64,000 nucleotides of DNA from Centroscyllium fabricii (taxonomy: Eukaryota). Below are positions 23,901 to 35,944 of this stretch, one piece after another. The stretch covers positions 558,001 through 622,000 of the forward strand of contig JBNRSN020000189.1 of NCBI GenBank assembly GCA_051313645.2, given 5' to 3'. Position numbers and translations under genes: made by a program. A model generated the notes under the pieces. That model saw only the letters and a list, made by a program, of their open reading frames with translations, did no database searches and was not told the origin of the DNA. Each line of letters opens with the position of its first letter. Positions within the stretch are counted from its first letter, which is position 1.

Positions 23901-24041
23901 ACTGTTAGATTCAGGAGATTTTTGTGTGATAGTAGATTGGTGGTTAGGATCAAATCAGCCATAATCTTATTGAATGGAGGAGCAGGCTCGAGTGGCCGAT
24001 TGGCCTACTCCTGCTCCTATTTCTTATGTTCTTATGTTCTT
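20976..24041 (+). mobile_element. CR1 LINE (EN to 3' tail, degraded) inserted in Gypsy A pol
   Basis: GVVHRPP, KADKSHGPDG, SQHGFMKG, FADD; (ttcttatg)n tail; host frame LAE|ILAKTPEV rejoins across it. Confidence 0.9.
21431..21628 (+). mobile_element. Short 3' end of a Rex1/Babar-like LINE with (ttgaa)n tail
   Basis: Near-identical to 37492-37680. Confidence 0.75.
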
Positions 24042-26176
24042 ATTTCTGCTAGCTTCACTGCAACCATTGTGTCCTCGTTGCTTTTACTTGTGACCTGGAG
24101 CTCGTTTACTGAACTTCAATCAATGTGGATCTTTCTGACCCATTCTCGTCCCAGGAGTGGCAGTCCCCCATTATTTAAGATGTACAGGTATAACCCTTTT
24201 ACCTTCTTGTCTTTATATTGTGCTTTTATGGGCAATTTCCCCATTGTCTGCAACTTATGTCCAGTGCACGTTTTTTGTATGACCGGTGTGTCTTCTAGGG
24301 GAACATCTCTAAATAATTTCTTGTAATCTTTCTCATTTATGACTGAGAGTGCTGAACCCGTATCCAATTCCATGTTGATTTTTACCCCAGCGACATTTAT
24401 GTTAATCCACATGATGCGGTGGTCTGTGGAGTTATCTTCTTATGAACTCTGAGGCTTCCCAGCCCCAATGTCTCTCGTTTGGAGGGTTCTGATGCGTCAT
24501 CCGAACTGTCTTCGGACAGATTGTGTACCCTTCTGTCCTTCTTGGACCAGGGCTGTTTATTGGGTATTTTGAGCTTCTTCTCTGACCTGCAGACTGTAGC
24601 TATGTGACCTAGCAGTGGCACTGCCAACAGATTTTGTCTTTGAACCAGCACTTGGCCTGGTCATGTGTAGTTTTACCACAGCGTTAGCACTTGTTGGTGC
24701 ATGCTGTTACTTCGTGTGTGTGACAGTAGGTCGCCTTTTGTCTTATGTCAGGGGCCCCCAAGCCAGCCGCTTCGTGTGCTGCTGCAATCTGTATTGCTTG
24801 CTCTAATGGTAGAGTCTTTTTGGCTAATAATTTTTTTTTGTGTATTCGTTTATTATCCCACACACAAATCTATCCCAAATATAGTTCGGCAGTTCGGCCC
24901 CAAATTGACAATTCTTGGACAGCCTTTTCAGTTCAGTTAAATATTCTGTCTGGGACTCCTCTTTCTGTTGGACGTGTTTGAAAAACATGAACTGTTCTAT
25001 GATGAACGGCGGTTTGGTTTCAAATGCTCTTTTAACGTGGTTTTTATCTGCTCTGGTGCTTTATCTGCTGCATTATCTGGGGACAACAGGGTTCTTAGTA
25101 ACCCGTATGTTTCTGACCCTATTGCGTACAGCAGGGCGACAGCTTTATCGTCATCCGGTACTCCCTGTACCTTGCTGTAAATTTCAAACCGCTCCAGATA
25201 TGCCTCCCAGTCTTCACTTTCTGCCTTGAAGGCCCACAAAGCGTTTGACTTTGCTATGTTGAGCTTCCAAAATGGCGTCTCTTGTCACCTTTTTCGTGTC
25301 ATTTCACGCCTTATCTGCGCAACTTCCCGTCTTTTTCGCTGTTCTTCGTGCCTTTTCCGTGTGCCTTTCCATGTTTTTCACGGTTCTTCGTGCCTTTTCC
25401 GCGCACCTTTCTGCCTTTTTCGCGGTTCTTCACGACTTTTCCGTGACCACACTCTTAATTGTATGTCTCTTACCCTCTCCAACCTCGACGTGTGAGGTAT
25501 GGTGTGGTACCTGGTCAGAGTGATCGACTTCCTTCTGGCCCCATCATTGAATACTGCCATGGCCGCTGGCTGGAGTGCTCAATAGTCTTCCAGTGCCTTA
25601 ACCAGCGGTGGCTACCTCCTTGTGACCTCCATTGTTGGCTGGCTTCTGTAGCCTTCCCGCCTTTGTTTCGCAGTGTTTCCGCTGTCGGCTTCGCTTACCG
25701 ATGCTGGTCGAGTCCTCCGTTTGACGTCTCCCAATCCTATGGCCTATTTCCCACAGCTGTTGCGAATGGCACTCCCCGATGCTGGAGTGCTGGCTATATC
25801 TGTTATTTTCCTTCCTCTCTGGAAACCACTGCCACTTCCGATGTTGGAGTGCAGGGTGGGTACTTGAAATCGACGGTCGCCGCTGCGGAATTTTTCTTTT
25901 CTTATTTGCTTTATCGAAAGCCTTTGTTTTTCTTCCACGTTGCTTCCAATACCGTGGATCCGACCGACCTCGTCACCAGTGTTAAGTCCATACTATCTTA
26001 CAATATGATAATAAAGGCTCGACTCCAGAGCTAATACAAACAGATGTTTACTAATCGATAAAATAGCATGGAACTAAAGTAAGTAACTCCACCGGTGGTC
26101 AGAAGTGGTACTGCAGTATCATTACGCTTTACAAAGTAGTACCATCTTAACTGGAGCACTATATACATACACAGCT

Positions 26177-26283
26177 GGGAGAACATACAAACTCCACGCA
26201 GAAAGGTCCCTGGCCAGGCAGGATTCGAACCCAAGAGCCCCTGATTGCGAGGCTGCAGTGCTAACCACGGCGCCACCGTGTTG
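26177..26283 (-). mobile_element. V-SINE tRNA-derived head (5' part of the element at 12928-13201)
   Basis: Minus-strand A box TGGCGCCGTGG and B box GGTTCGAATCC. Confidence 0.8.
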
Positions 26284-26920
26284 AAACAATATTAATATAA
26301 CAGCAATAAAGATTGACACTGTTTCCATATAACGCACACCCTGAGTAAATGTTGTAGTGCCAGATCACTAATGATTGAAATTGGTGCCATTGCCCAATCA
26401 CCCTCAGCAACAATCCTTATGTCAGAGCAACAAGGATTGCCACTGTCTACATTTCACACTCACCCTCAGTGAAAATGCTAATGTCAGAGGAAAAAGGAAT
26501 GACACTGCCTCAATTTCACATTCACCCTCAATAACAACCCTAATGTCAGAGGAATACATATTGACACGTTCTCCAATTAACACTCAACCACAGGAACAAT
26601 CCTAATGTCCAAGCAATAGTGATTGACACTGTCTCCATTTCACACTCACCCTCAGTAACAATCTTAATGTCAGAGCAATATGGATTGACACTGTCGACAT
26701 TTGAAACACACCCTTAGTAACATTCCTAATGCCAGAAATATGTATTGACACAGTTTCCATTTCCCACCCATCTTCAGTAGCCATCCTAATATCAGGCAGA
26801 GCAATAACAATTGACACTGTTTCTATTTCACACTCACCCTTAGTAAAAATATTAATGTCAGGGCAATAAGGATTGACATTGTCTCCATTTCAAACACACC
26901 CTCAATAACAATTCTAAGGA
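26284..26920 (+). repeat. 62-bp satellite, segment C1
   Basis: Same consensus and orientation. Confidence 0.9.
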
Positions 26921-28278
26921 CAGAATCATAGAAGATAGGAGCAGGAGAAGGCCATTCGGCCCCTCGAGCCAGCTCCGCCATTCAATGAAATCATAGCTGA
27001 TCATCCAAACTCAGTACCCTGTCCCTGCCTTCTCCACATATCCCTTGATCCCTCTAGCCTTAAGAAATAAATCCAGCTCCTTCTTGAATATATTCAATGA
27101 ACTAGCCTCCACCGCCCTCTGTGGCAGAGAATTGCACAGGTTCACCACTCTCTGGGTGAAGAAATTCCTCCTCATCTCTGTCCTAAATGAGTTACCCCTT
27201 ATTCTTAAACTTTGACCACTGGTTCTGGACTATCCGATCATTGGGAACTTTCATCCTGCATCAAGTTTGTTCAGACCAGTTAGAATTTTATAAGTTTCGA
27301 TCAGATCCCCTCTCAATCTTCTAAACTCCAGAGAGTACAAACCCAGTCTACCCAGTCTCTCCTCATACGTCATTCCTGCATTCCTATGTATCAGCCTGGT
27401 GAATCTTCTGTGCACTCCCTCCATGGCAAGAACGTCCTTCCATAGATAAGGAGACCAAAAGAGCACACAGTACTAAAGGTGTGGTCTCACAAAGGCATGG
27501 TACAACTGCAGCATGACCTCACTGTTCGCGTACTCGAACCCTTTCGCTATAAAGGCCAACATACCATTTGCCTTCTTAACCATCTGCTGCAACCTGCATG
27601 CTCACCTTCAGTGACTGGTGCACAAGCACACCCATGCATCGTTGTACTTCCCCTTCTTCCAATCTATTGCCATTCAGATAATAGTCGGCATTTCTGTTTT
27701 TGTCCCCAAAGTGGATAACCTCGCATTTATCCACATTATACTGCATCTGCCACGTCTCAGCCCACTCGCCCAACATGTCCAAATCATCCTGGAGCTTCTG
27801 CGTATCCTCCTCGAGGCACACACACCCTCCCAGTTTTGTGTCATCTGCAAACTTGGAGACATTACATTTAGTTCCCTTTTCTAAATCATTAATGTATATT
27901 GTGAATAGCTGGGGTCCCAGGGCCGATTCCTGTGGTACCCCACTAGTCACTGCCTACCACTCGGAAAAAGACCCATTTACTTCTACTCTCTGCTTTCTGT
28001 CCGCCAACCAATTCTTAATCGAAGTCAATTACTTGCCCCAATCCCATGTGCCCTAACTCTACATGCTAATCTCTTGTGTGGGACCTTGTCGAACGCCTTC
28101 TGAAAGTCTAAATACACCACATCTACTGGTTCTCCCTGATCAATTTTTCCAGTTACTTCCTCAAAAAATCCCAGCAGATTAGTCAAGCACGATTTACCTT
28201 TTGTAAATCCATGTTGACTTTTTATGATTGTGCCACTGATTTCCAAGAGCTCAGCTATTATATCCTTTATTAAGGACC
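26921..28278 (-). mobile_element. 5'-truncated CR1 LINE
   Basis: SQHGFTKGKSC, VYLDFQKAFDKVPH, YINDL, FADD; CR1 tail at 26921-27000. Confidence 0.9.
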
Positions 28279-28520
28279 CCCAGTAACAATCTTAACATCA
28301 CACCAAAAAGGATGTGCACTGTTTCCGTGTAACGAACACCCTCAGTAAAAATCGTAGTGCCAGAGAAATAAGGATTGACACTGTTTCCATTTCACACTTA
28401 ACCTCATGAATAATCCACGTGTCAGAGAAATTCAGATTGACTCTGTCTCCATTTTATATTCACCCTCAGTAACATCCTATTGTGGATAAAGCAAGATAAA
28501 GCAATAACGATTGAAACTTT
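28279..28520 (+). repeat. 62-bp satellite, segment C2
   Basis: Same consensus. Confidence 0.85.
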
Positions 28521-28967
28521 TGTTGAGGCAACTGGCAGACACGAGTTGAGGCCGAGAGTGAATGGGTTAACAGAACTTACTTTAATGGCATTGCGTAACA
28601 TCGTGAGTGATTCATGCTCTTTCATTCAAATATATACAGGGGGGCTGCGTCCTGACGTCAGCCCGTAGGCGGGTATGACTGCGTGATGATGTCAGCACAT
28701 CAGCAGTCAAGCTCTGAGGGAGTGGAACCTTGCAGGCGTATTGCCTGGTGAACCATCCATGGAAGTCGGAGCGGATTCACCCGTTTAGGTGGCGACCCAC
28801 CACAGAGCTCCCCCCAGAATTCGCTTAGGAGGAGTGCACGAGCCGCTGCGGTGGATGAGGGGCTGGCTGGAGTGGCTATGGCGTGGCGTCGGTGGACGAG
28901 GAGAAGCCGGGCTAGTTTGTTAACCGGGGGGCCGCCCACGTGACGGTGGCCAGGCCACTGCAATGGG

Positions 28968-31564
28968 TGATGTCATAAAGGACTCTGATACATCAATAAC
29001 TTAAAGCAAAGCTTTAATCCACTACATTATCACTATGTACAAAGCCGGGTTTTACCATGCTTCCAGGTGAAGCTTTCTCCCCATACTGAGCAGTTCGAGT
29101 ATTCATAGTAACAGGAAACTGGAAGTGACATGTACAGAGTTCACCCCTTAATCTTCCCCCGGAAGTCTCTTCAATATTACCACATTCTTCCCTCCTGCAA
29201 AATTAAAAGGCGGGAATCTTCTTTTTATTCCGGAGTAGCCGAACAAGGAGGAGATGCACCCGTTTGAGTTCTCGTTGCTGGGTTGATGGTCCATCCCTAT
29301 GGACAATGTCTGGGTATCTGGACCGCTTACCTGCTGTTGGCCACGGGTCAGAACCTGCGTGGCCTCGATTACCCTGTGAAGTGTCGGGGAGATCATGGCT
29401 CCGCGCACGAGCTCCAACAGGGGCAGAGCTGGTTTGTCCCTGGTCAGGGCAAGACACAGAGCTGCTCTGCAGCCAATTGGCACTTTGGTGTGAGGGACTG
29501 GGAGGATCATGACTCCGTGTACGAACCCCCACGGGCTCAGAGTCGGTTGGTGTCTGGTCAGTGTCCTGCAAAGAGGTACTTGGCAGGTTGTAACTTCGAG
29601 TGTGGGTTTGACCGGCACAAAGCTAGTTGGTGTTAGTTCCGTGTCCTGGAGGGTGGTACCCGGTGGGACCCTGGAGGTCCCTGGTAGGATATTATCCCTT
29701 GGCGTCCCTCTAGATCCTGGTGGGCATGGTGCCAGGTCCCGCAATGATACAGTAGACTCTCGACCGTCGGGATATCTTATGTAGGCATAGGTAGGATTGG
29801 CATCAGTTAGTTCGACCTCATCTATGAGAGGGTCATTTTTAGATGTCCGAACATATCTTCGGAGCAGTACGGGTCCCGGAGTAGTTAGCCATGATGGAAG
29901 AGATGCCCCATAAGATGAGCGACGCTGGAATCCAAAAGAACCGTTATTGAGGTGTAGTATTTGTGGCTGTAGACAGAAGGGACCGTTTAGAGTGCAATGC
30001 ATCTGGAAGCACTGTTTCCCATTACTGGATTGGTAGGCTCTGAGATTTTAAAGCAAGCCGTATGGAATTCCAGAGGATTCCGTTAGATCTCTCTACCTGT
30101 CCATTCCCAATGGGATGGGATGGCGTCATTTTGCTTGTCGCAATTCTCCGTTCTGAGAGGTAGTCCTTCAGTTCACTTGACATAAAAGATGGACTCCGAT
30201 CTGAGTGAATGTAGGCTGCCATGCCACAAAGAGAAAATACTTGCTCAAGGCAGTTGATTACAGTGGATGCCAGCATATTGGAGCAAGGGAAGGCAAACGG
30301 AAATCGTGAATATTCATCGATCATTGTGAGCAGATATGTGTTCCGTGTTGAAGAGGGCAATGGACACTTGAAGTCGACGCTAAGTCGTTGCATCGGTTGG
30401 GTTGTGTATATGAGCGCATCATCACGAGGGCGGAAGAACTAAGGTTTCAATTCTGCACAAGTTCGGCATTCGGAGCACATTATCTTTATATCTCCAGTAG
30501 AAAATGGGAGATTCCGTGATCGCACGAAATGTAACATGCGAGTCACGCCAGGATGACACAATCCATCTTGGATGTCTATGAGAGTAGAGGAGGACATAGC
30601 AGAGCAGAATGCTCGTGTGAGGGTATCCGGGTCCACATATACTTTGCCAGGTCGATAGTGAATGGTGTAACCAAAAGAGGCCACCAATTTCATCCTCCAA
30701 AGCTGTATTTTATTGTTCTTAATTTTAGTTCGCTTTCGATTATCGAGCATGAAGGCGACTGATTGCTGGTCCATGATTAATGTAAAGTGCCGACGAGCTA
30801 GGAAATGGTTCCACTTCCATACTGCCTCTATGATGGCTGTGGCTTCTTTCTCAACCGGAGGATAATGTATCTCAACACCATGTAAAGTCCTGGACATGAA
30901 TGCTACAGGACGGTCTTCTCGATTTAGAGTAGCTGATATCGCCACCTCCGAGGCATCACATTCGACTACGAAAGGGAGGTCCTCATTGATGGAGTGAAGA
31001 GTCGTTTTCTCCAACTGTTTCTTGAGAAGCTTAACGGCAGCAACAGCCACTGTCCCCAACGGAAATGTTCTAGAATTCAGCGAGGGCTGAATTTTATCTG
31101 AAAAATTCGGAATCCATTTAGTGTAGTATGCAAAAAGACCAAGGGCCCGACGTATAGAAGCCAGATTGTTAGGTGGAGGGAGCTCCTGGAGCGGGCGAAG
31201 TCTGTCCAGGTCTGATTTAATGATACCACTGCCTACGCAGTAGCCAAGACTGTTGATGATCGGTTGCAACTCCACAGATTTAGATTCATTTACAGTTAAG
31301 TTACGGTGATGGAGAGCATCCCGAAATCTTTGGAGGTTGGCGGTTTGAGAATAATCAATGCATTGTCGTTTTCTGTGAGGTTTTAGAGGGTTTTTATAGA
31401 TGACGATTTGAGCCCGCGAGGGCGATGAACATGGTTCGATGATGTCCTCTGCTAAAAGACGAGAGATTTTCTGTCTCAATGAAAGATTGATCATCCTGAT
31501 TGAAGCATCGAGATTTGGTTATTTTTGGTTTGCATTGAGGAGGAATGCTGGCGAATAATGAGGG
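28968..31564 (-). mobile_element. Gypsy D, 3' part (RT with internal deletion, RNase H, IN, 3' LTR 28968-29184)
   Basis: ECDASEVAI, CHPGVTRM, SVDFKCPLPS, HSDRS; PPT gcaggagggaagaa before the LTR. Confidence 0.9.
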
Positions 31565-32562
31565 ACCTATCGAGCTCTCTCCCGAAGAAACACACCTAGA
31601 ATTACAGCCTCCCTCTGCAACCACACCAATTACAGCTGCCTGCCCTCGAATTTTATTTCATACAGCTGCAAAAGACTCGATTATTGGGCATACCTTTGAT
31701 GCCTTAATTGACTCAGGAAGTACTGATAATGTCATTAGAAAAGAGATTGATGAGAAATTGAAAATACATGTCTTCCCATCGGACCAGGCAATTGCAATGG
31801 CTCAGTCATCAGTTAATACCAGAATCTCCGGCTTTTGTATTATTGACATGACATTTAATGGCCGCATGTATCCCTCCACTCGGCTCTCAGTGCTCAAGGA
31901 CTTATGTAGTGATCTTATCCTAGGGCTGGATTTTCAAAAACAGCATAAAAAACTCATCATTGAGTTCGGCGGATCCAAACCTGGACTTACTATTTCCAAT
32001 ATACCGTCTAAATCACCATTCTGTGCACTGTCAGCAGGCTCACTTGATGAACCCTCATTATTCGCCACTATTCCTCGTCAATGCAAACCAATAATAACCA
32101 AATCTTGACGCTTCAGTCAGGAAGATCAGTCTTTCATTGAGACAGAAATCACTCGTCTTTCAGCAGAGGACATCATCGAACCATGTTCATCGCACTGGCG
32201 GGCTCAAATTCTCATAATTAAGAACCCTTTAAAACTGCACAAAAATGACTATGCATTGATTACTCTCAAACCGTCAATCAATATACTGACCTGAATGCCT
32301 ACTCATTGCCACACATTGATGACATGGTTAATAAACTGGCTTAATACAAAGATTTGTCAACGTATGATTTAAAGAGTGCCTATCATCAGGTACCCCTATG
32401 GGTCTCAGATAAGACGTACATGGCCTTTGAGGCTAATGGACGTCTATATCAATTTCGTCACCTCCCATTCGGGGTCACTAATGGAGTGGCTGTCTTCCAA
32501 CAGTTAATGGGTGGCCTCATTGAGCAGGAAAACTTAAGGGATACTTTTCCCTACCTTGATAA

Positions 32563-35500
32563 TGTAACCTGGGTCTGAAACCCAGAGTCAGGGAGAATCT
32601 CCCTAAAGGGTTAAAAGTCTAGGGATCCAGTGGTCTGAGGTCAGGTGACCTCTTCGGTGCCAGTTTGTCTGGAAGTTCAGATCACATGGGGTTGTTGACC
32701 AGGTGTGAGAGTGGACAATGTTTCAGACAGGCTGGGCTGCCATGGAAACCAGCACTCGGCTCCGGGCAGTCTGGAAAAACAAGAAGTCTTGCAGGTGGGG
32801 GCTGTGTGCTTGCTTTGCGATAGGCTGGCTAAAAGTGGGGTGAGTTACTGGAGGGTGGAGCCAGGACAGGATAAAAGGCTGGACACGCCTAGAGACAGTT
32901 AGTTAGATCCAGAAGGAGTAAGATTGAGCTGGAGAGAAGGAGTAAGATTGAGCTGGAGAGATGGGAGAAGATTGAGCAGGAGGTTAGATGGAGAGAAGAT
33001 CCGGGAAAGATCCAGAGAAGCCATGAGAGAGGCAGTTCCAAGAGCCGTCGTTATCTCCCTGGGGATGAGGAGGCTGTAGTGTACGGTCCTCATCGTCGAG
33101 CCCTATTTGGACAGTCGTGAGTAGCACTTACTGAGAGAAGGGCTTGGGGAAGACGAGGTTGCAGGAAGCAGAGGGTGGAGAGCTGTGTGCGACGCCCACT
33201 GCTGGAAGATGCTGGAGGCTTTCGTGTTAAAAGGACTGAGAGACAGTCCCAAGAGCCGTCGTTGTTTCCCTTGGGATGAGTAGGCTGTAGTGTACGGTAC
33301 TCATTGCCAAGCCCTGTTCGGACAGTCGTGGGTGGCGGCTACCGGGAGAGGGGCTTGGGGAAGACGAGGTTGCAGGAAGCAGAGGGTGGAGAGCTGTGTG
33401 CGACGCCCACTGCTGGAAGATGCTGGAAGCTTTCGTGTTAAAAGGACAGAGGCAGATCCAAGAGCCGTCGTTGTCTCCCTTGAGATGAGGAGACTGTAGT
33501 GTACGGTCCTCATTGTCAAGCCCTATTCGGACAGTCGTGAGTATAACTTCTGAGAAAATGGCTTGGGGAACAAGGTGTAAGGGTGCTAAAGTGGATGCCT
33601 TGCCATTGTAAATGTCCAGTTGAAATGTGTTCTGTAAGGGTGCTAAAGCGAGTGCCTTGCCAGTGTAAAGTGCTGATTGAAATGTGTTCTGTAAGGGTGC
33701 TAAAGCGAGTGCCTTGCCATTGTAAAGTTTTGATTGAAATGTGTTCTGTAAGGGTGCTAAAGCGAGTGCCTTGCCATTGTAAAGTTCTGATTGAAATGTG
33801 TTCTGGAAGGGTGCTAAAGCGAGTGCCTTGCCATTGTAAAGTTCTGATTGAAGTGTGTTCTTGGGAGTGGCTGTGAGCTGAATGAATGTGTAAATGATTT
33901 GTTGTATGACATTAATGCTGTTTTCTATTTGTGTATACAGTTGCTAGTTATTTAACACTGTTTGTATTTAAACTCTACCTCACATCCCTGTTATTAAAGT
34001 TTGTAAATAGAAATTTTGTCTCTGATTCATCTCTCTTAAGGTAAGAAAGGGTTACATTTGGGTGGAGGTCACAGAGTTCTACACGTGGGGTACGTTAAGA
34101 ACCTACGGGGTAATTGGTATTAACCTACCCCCCCTTCTCAGTAAAGGAGAGGGGGGGGGCCAATCGTAAAAAGGGTTACATTTGGGGGCTCGTCTTCGGG
34201 ATACTGTGACTTCCAGTTTCATACCCTAGTGGAGTGAACCCATTGTTGCCGAGAGAGAGATGGACGTGAGCACGGTTACTTAGTGGTGTAGTCATGAGGA
34301 CATGACTAGGTTTGGTAAGGGGGGAGTGTAACCTGGGTCTGAAACCCAGATTCAGGGAGAATCTCCCTAAAGGGTTAAAAGTCTAGGGATCCAGTGGTCT
34401 GAGGTCAGGTGACCTCTTCGGTGCCAGTTTGTCTGGAAGTTCAGATCACATGGGGTTGTTGACCAGGTGTGAGAGTGGACAATGTTTCAGACAGGCTGGG
34501 CTGCCATGGAAACCAGCACTCGGCTCCGGGCAGTCTGGAAAAACAAGAAGTCTTGCAGGTGGGGGCTGTGTGCTTGCTTTGCGATAGGCTGGCTAAAAGT
34601 GGGGTGAGTTACTGGAGGGTGGAGCCAGGACAGGATAAAAGGCTGGACACGCCTAGAGACAGTTAGTTAGATCCAGAAGGAGTAAGATTGAGCTGGAGAG
34701 AAGGAGTAAGATTGAGCTGGAGAGAAGGGAGAAGATTGAGCAGGAGGTTAGATGGAGAGAAGATCCGGGAAAGATCCAGAGAAGCCATGAGAGAGGCAGT
34801 TCCAAGAGCCGTCGTTATCTCCCTGGGGATGAGGAGGCTGTAGTGTACGGTCCTCATCGTCGAGCCCTATTTGGACAGTCGTGAGTAGCACTTACTGAGA
34901 GAAGGGCTTGGGGAAGACGAGGTTGCAGGAAGCAGAGGGTGGAGAGCTGTGTGCGACGCCCACTGCTGGAAGATGCTGGAGGCTTTCGTGTTAAAAGGAC
35001 TGAGAGACAGTCCCAAGAGCCGTCGTTGTTTCCCTTGGGATGAGTAGGCTGTAGTGTACGGTACTCATTGCCAAGCCCTGTTCGGACAGTCGTGGGTGGC
35101 GGCTACCGGGAGAGGGGCTTGGGGAAGACGAGGTTGCAGGAAGCAGAGGGTGGAGAGCTGTGTGCGACGCCCACTGCTGGAAGATGCTGGAAGCTTTCGT
35201 GTTAAAAGGACAGAGGCAGATCCAAGAGCCGTCGTTGTCTCCCTTGAGATGAGGAGACTGTAGTGTACGGTCCTCATTGTCAAGCCCTATTCGGACAGTC
35301 GTGAGTATAACTTCTGAGAAAATGGCTTGGGGAACAAGGTGTAAGGGTGCTAAAGTGGATGCCTTGCCATTGTAAATGTCCAGTTGAAATGTGTTCTGTA
35401 AGGGTGCTAAAGCGAGTGCCTTGCCAGTGTAAAGTGCTGATTGAAATGTGTTCTGTAAGGGTGCTAAAGCGAGTGCCTTGCCATTGTAAAGTTTTGATTG

Positions 35501-35944
35501 AAATGTGTTCTGTAAGGGTGCTAAAGCGAGTGCCTTGCCATTGTAAAGTTCTGATTGAAATGTGTTCTGGAAGGGTGCTAAAGCGAGTGCCTTGCCATTG
35601 TAAAGTTCTGATTGAAGTGTGTTCTTGGGAGTGGCTGTGAGCTGAATGAATGTGTAAATGATTTGTTGTATGACATTAATGCTGTTTTCTATTTGTGTAT
35701 ACAGTTGCTAGTTATTTAACACTGTTTGTATTTAAACTCTACCTCACATCCCTGTTATTAAAGTTTGTAAATAGAAATTTTGTCTCTGATTCATCTCTCT
35801 TAAGGTAAGAAAGGGTTACATTTGGGTGGAGGTCACAGAGTTCTACACGTGGGGTACGTTAAGAACCTACGGGGTAATTGGTATTAACCTACCCCCCCTT
35901 CTCAGTAAAGGAGAGGGGGGGGGCCAATCGTAAAAAGGGTTACA
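32563..35944 (+). mobile_element. Element E: non-coding LTR retroelement with two 1618-bp LTRs and a 146-bp interior
   Basis: LTRs 32563-34180 and 34327-35944 (TGTAACC..GGTTACA, only 2 substitutions spotted); 4-bp TSD ataa; PBS TGGGGGCTCGTC (tRNA-Pro); PPT aaggggggag. Confidence 0.95.

Larger units (their letters stand above)
13202..26176 (-). mobile_element. Gypsy A (Mag/SURL-like) LTR retrotransposon, degraded, full-length frame, with nested Gypsy B and CR1
   Basis: LTRs 13202-13416 (3') and 25980-26176 (5'); PBS TGGTGACGAGG (tRNA-Ser-like); PPT aagaagggagtaa; TSD gagag/gggag; gag EDWEAYLERF, protease ELDTGSA, RNase H DASPYGIGAVL, integrase DFAGP/SDHG. Confidence 0.9.

Noticed and set aside
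26200-26283. tRNA gene
   Set aside because: The A and B boxes belong to a SINE head that continues into a V-domain and LINE tail
33583-33876. Cys-rich repeat ORF (metallothionein/keratin-like look), duplicated at 35347-35640
   Set aside because: Translation of the 51-bp repeat inside the LTR, with a GTG start and no independent coding evidence
32563-35944. Simple tandem duplication or assembly stutter
   Set aside because: TG..CA ends, PBS, PPT, a 4-bp TSD and small LTR differences indicate a genuine LTR element
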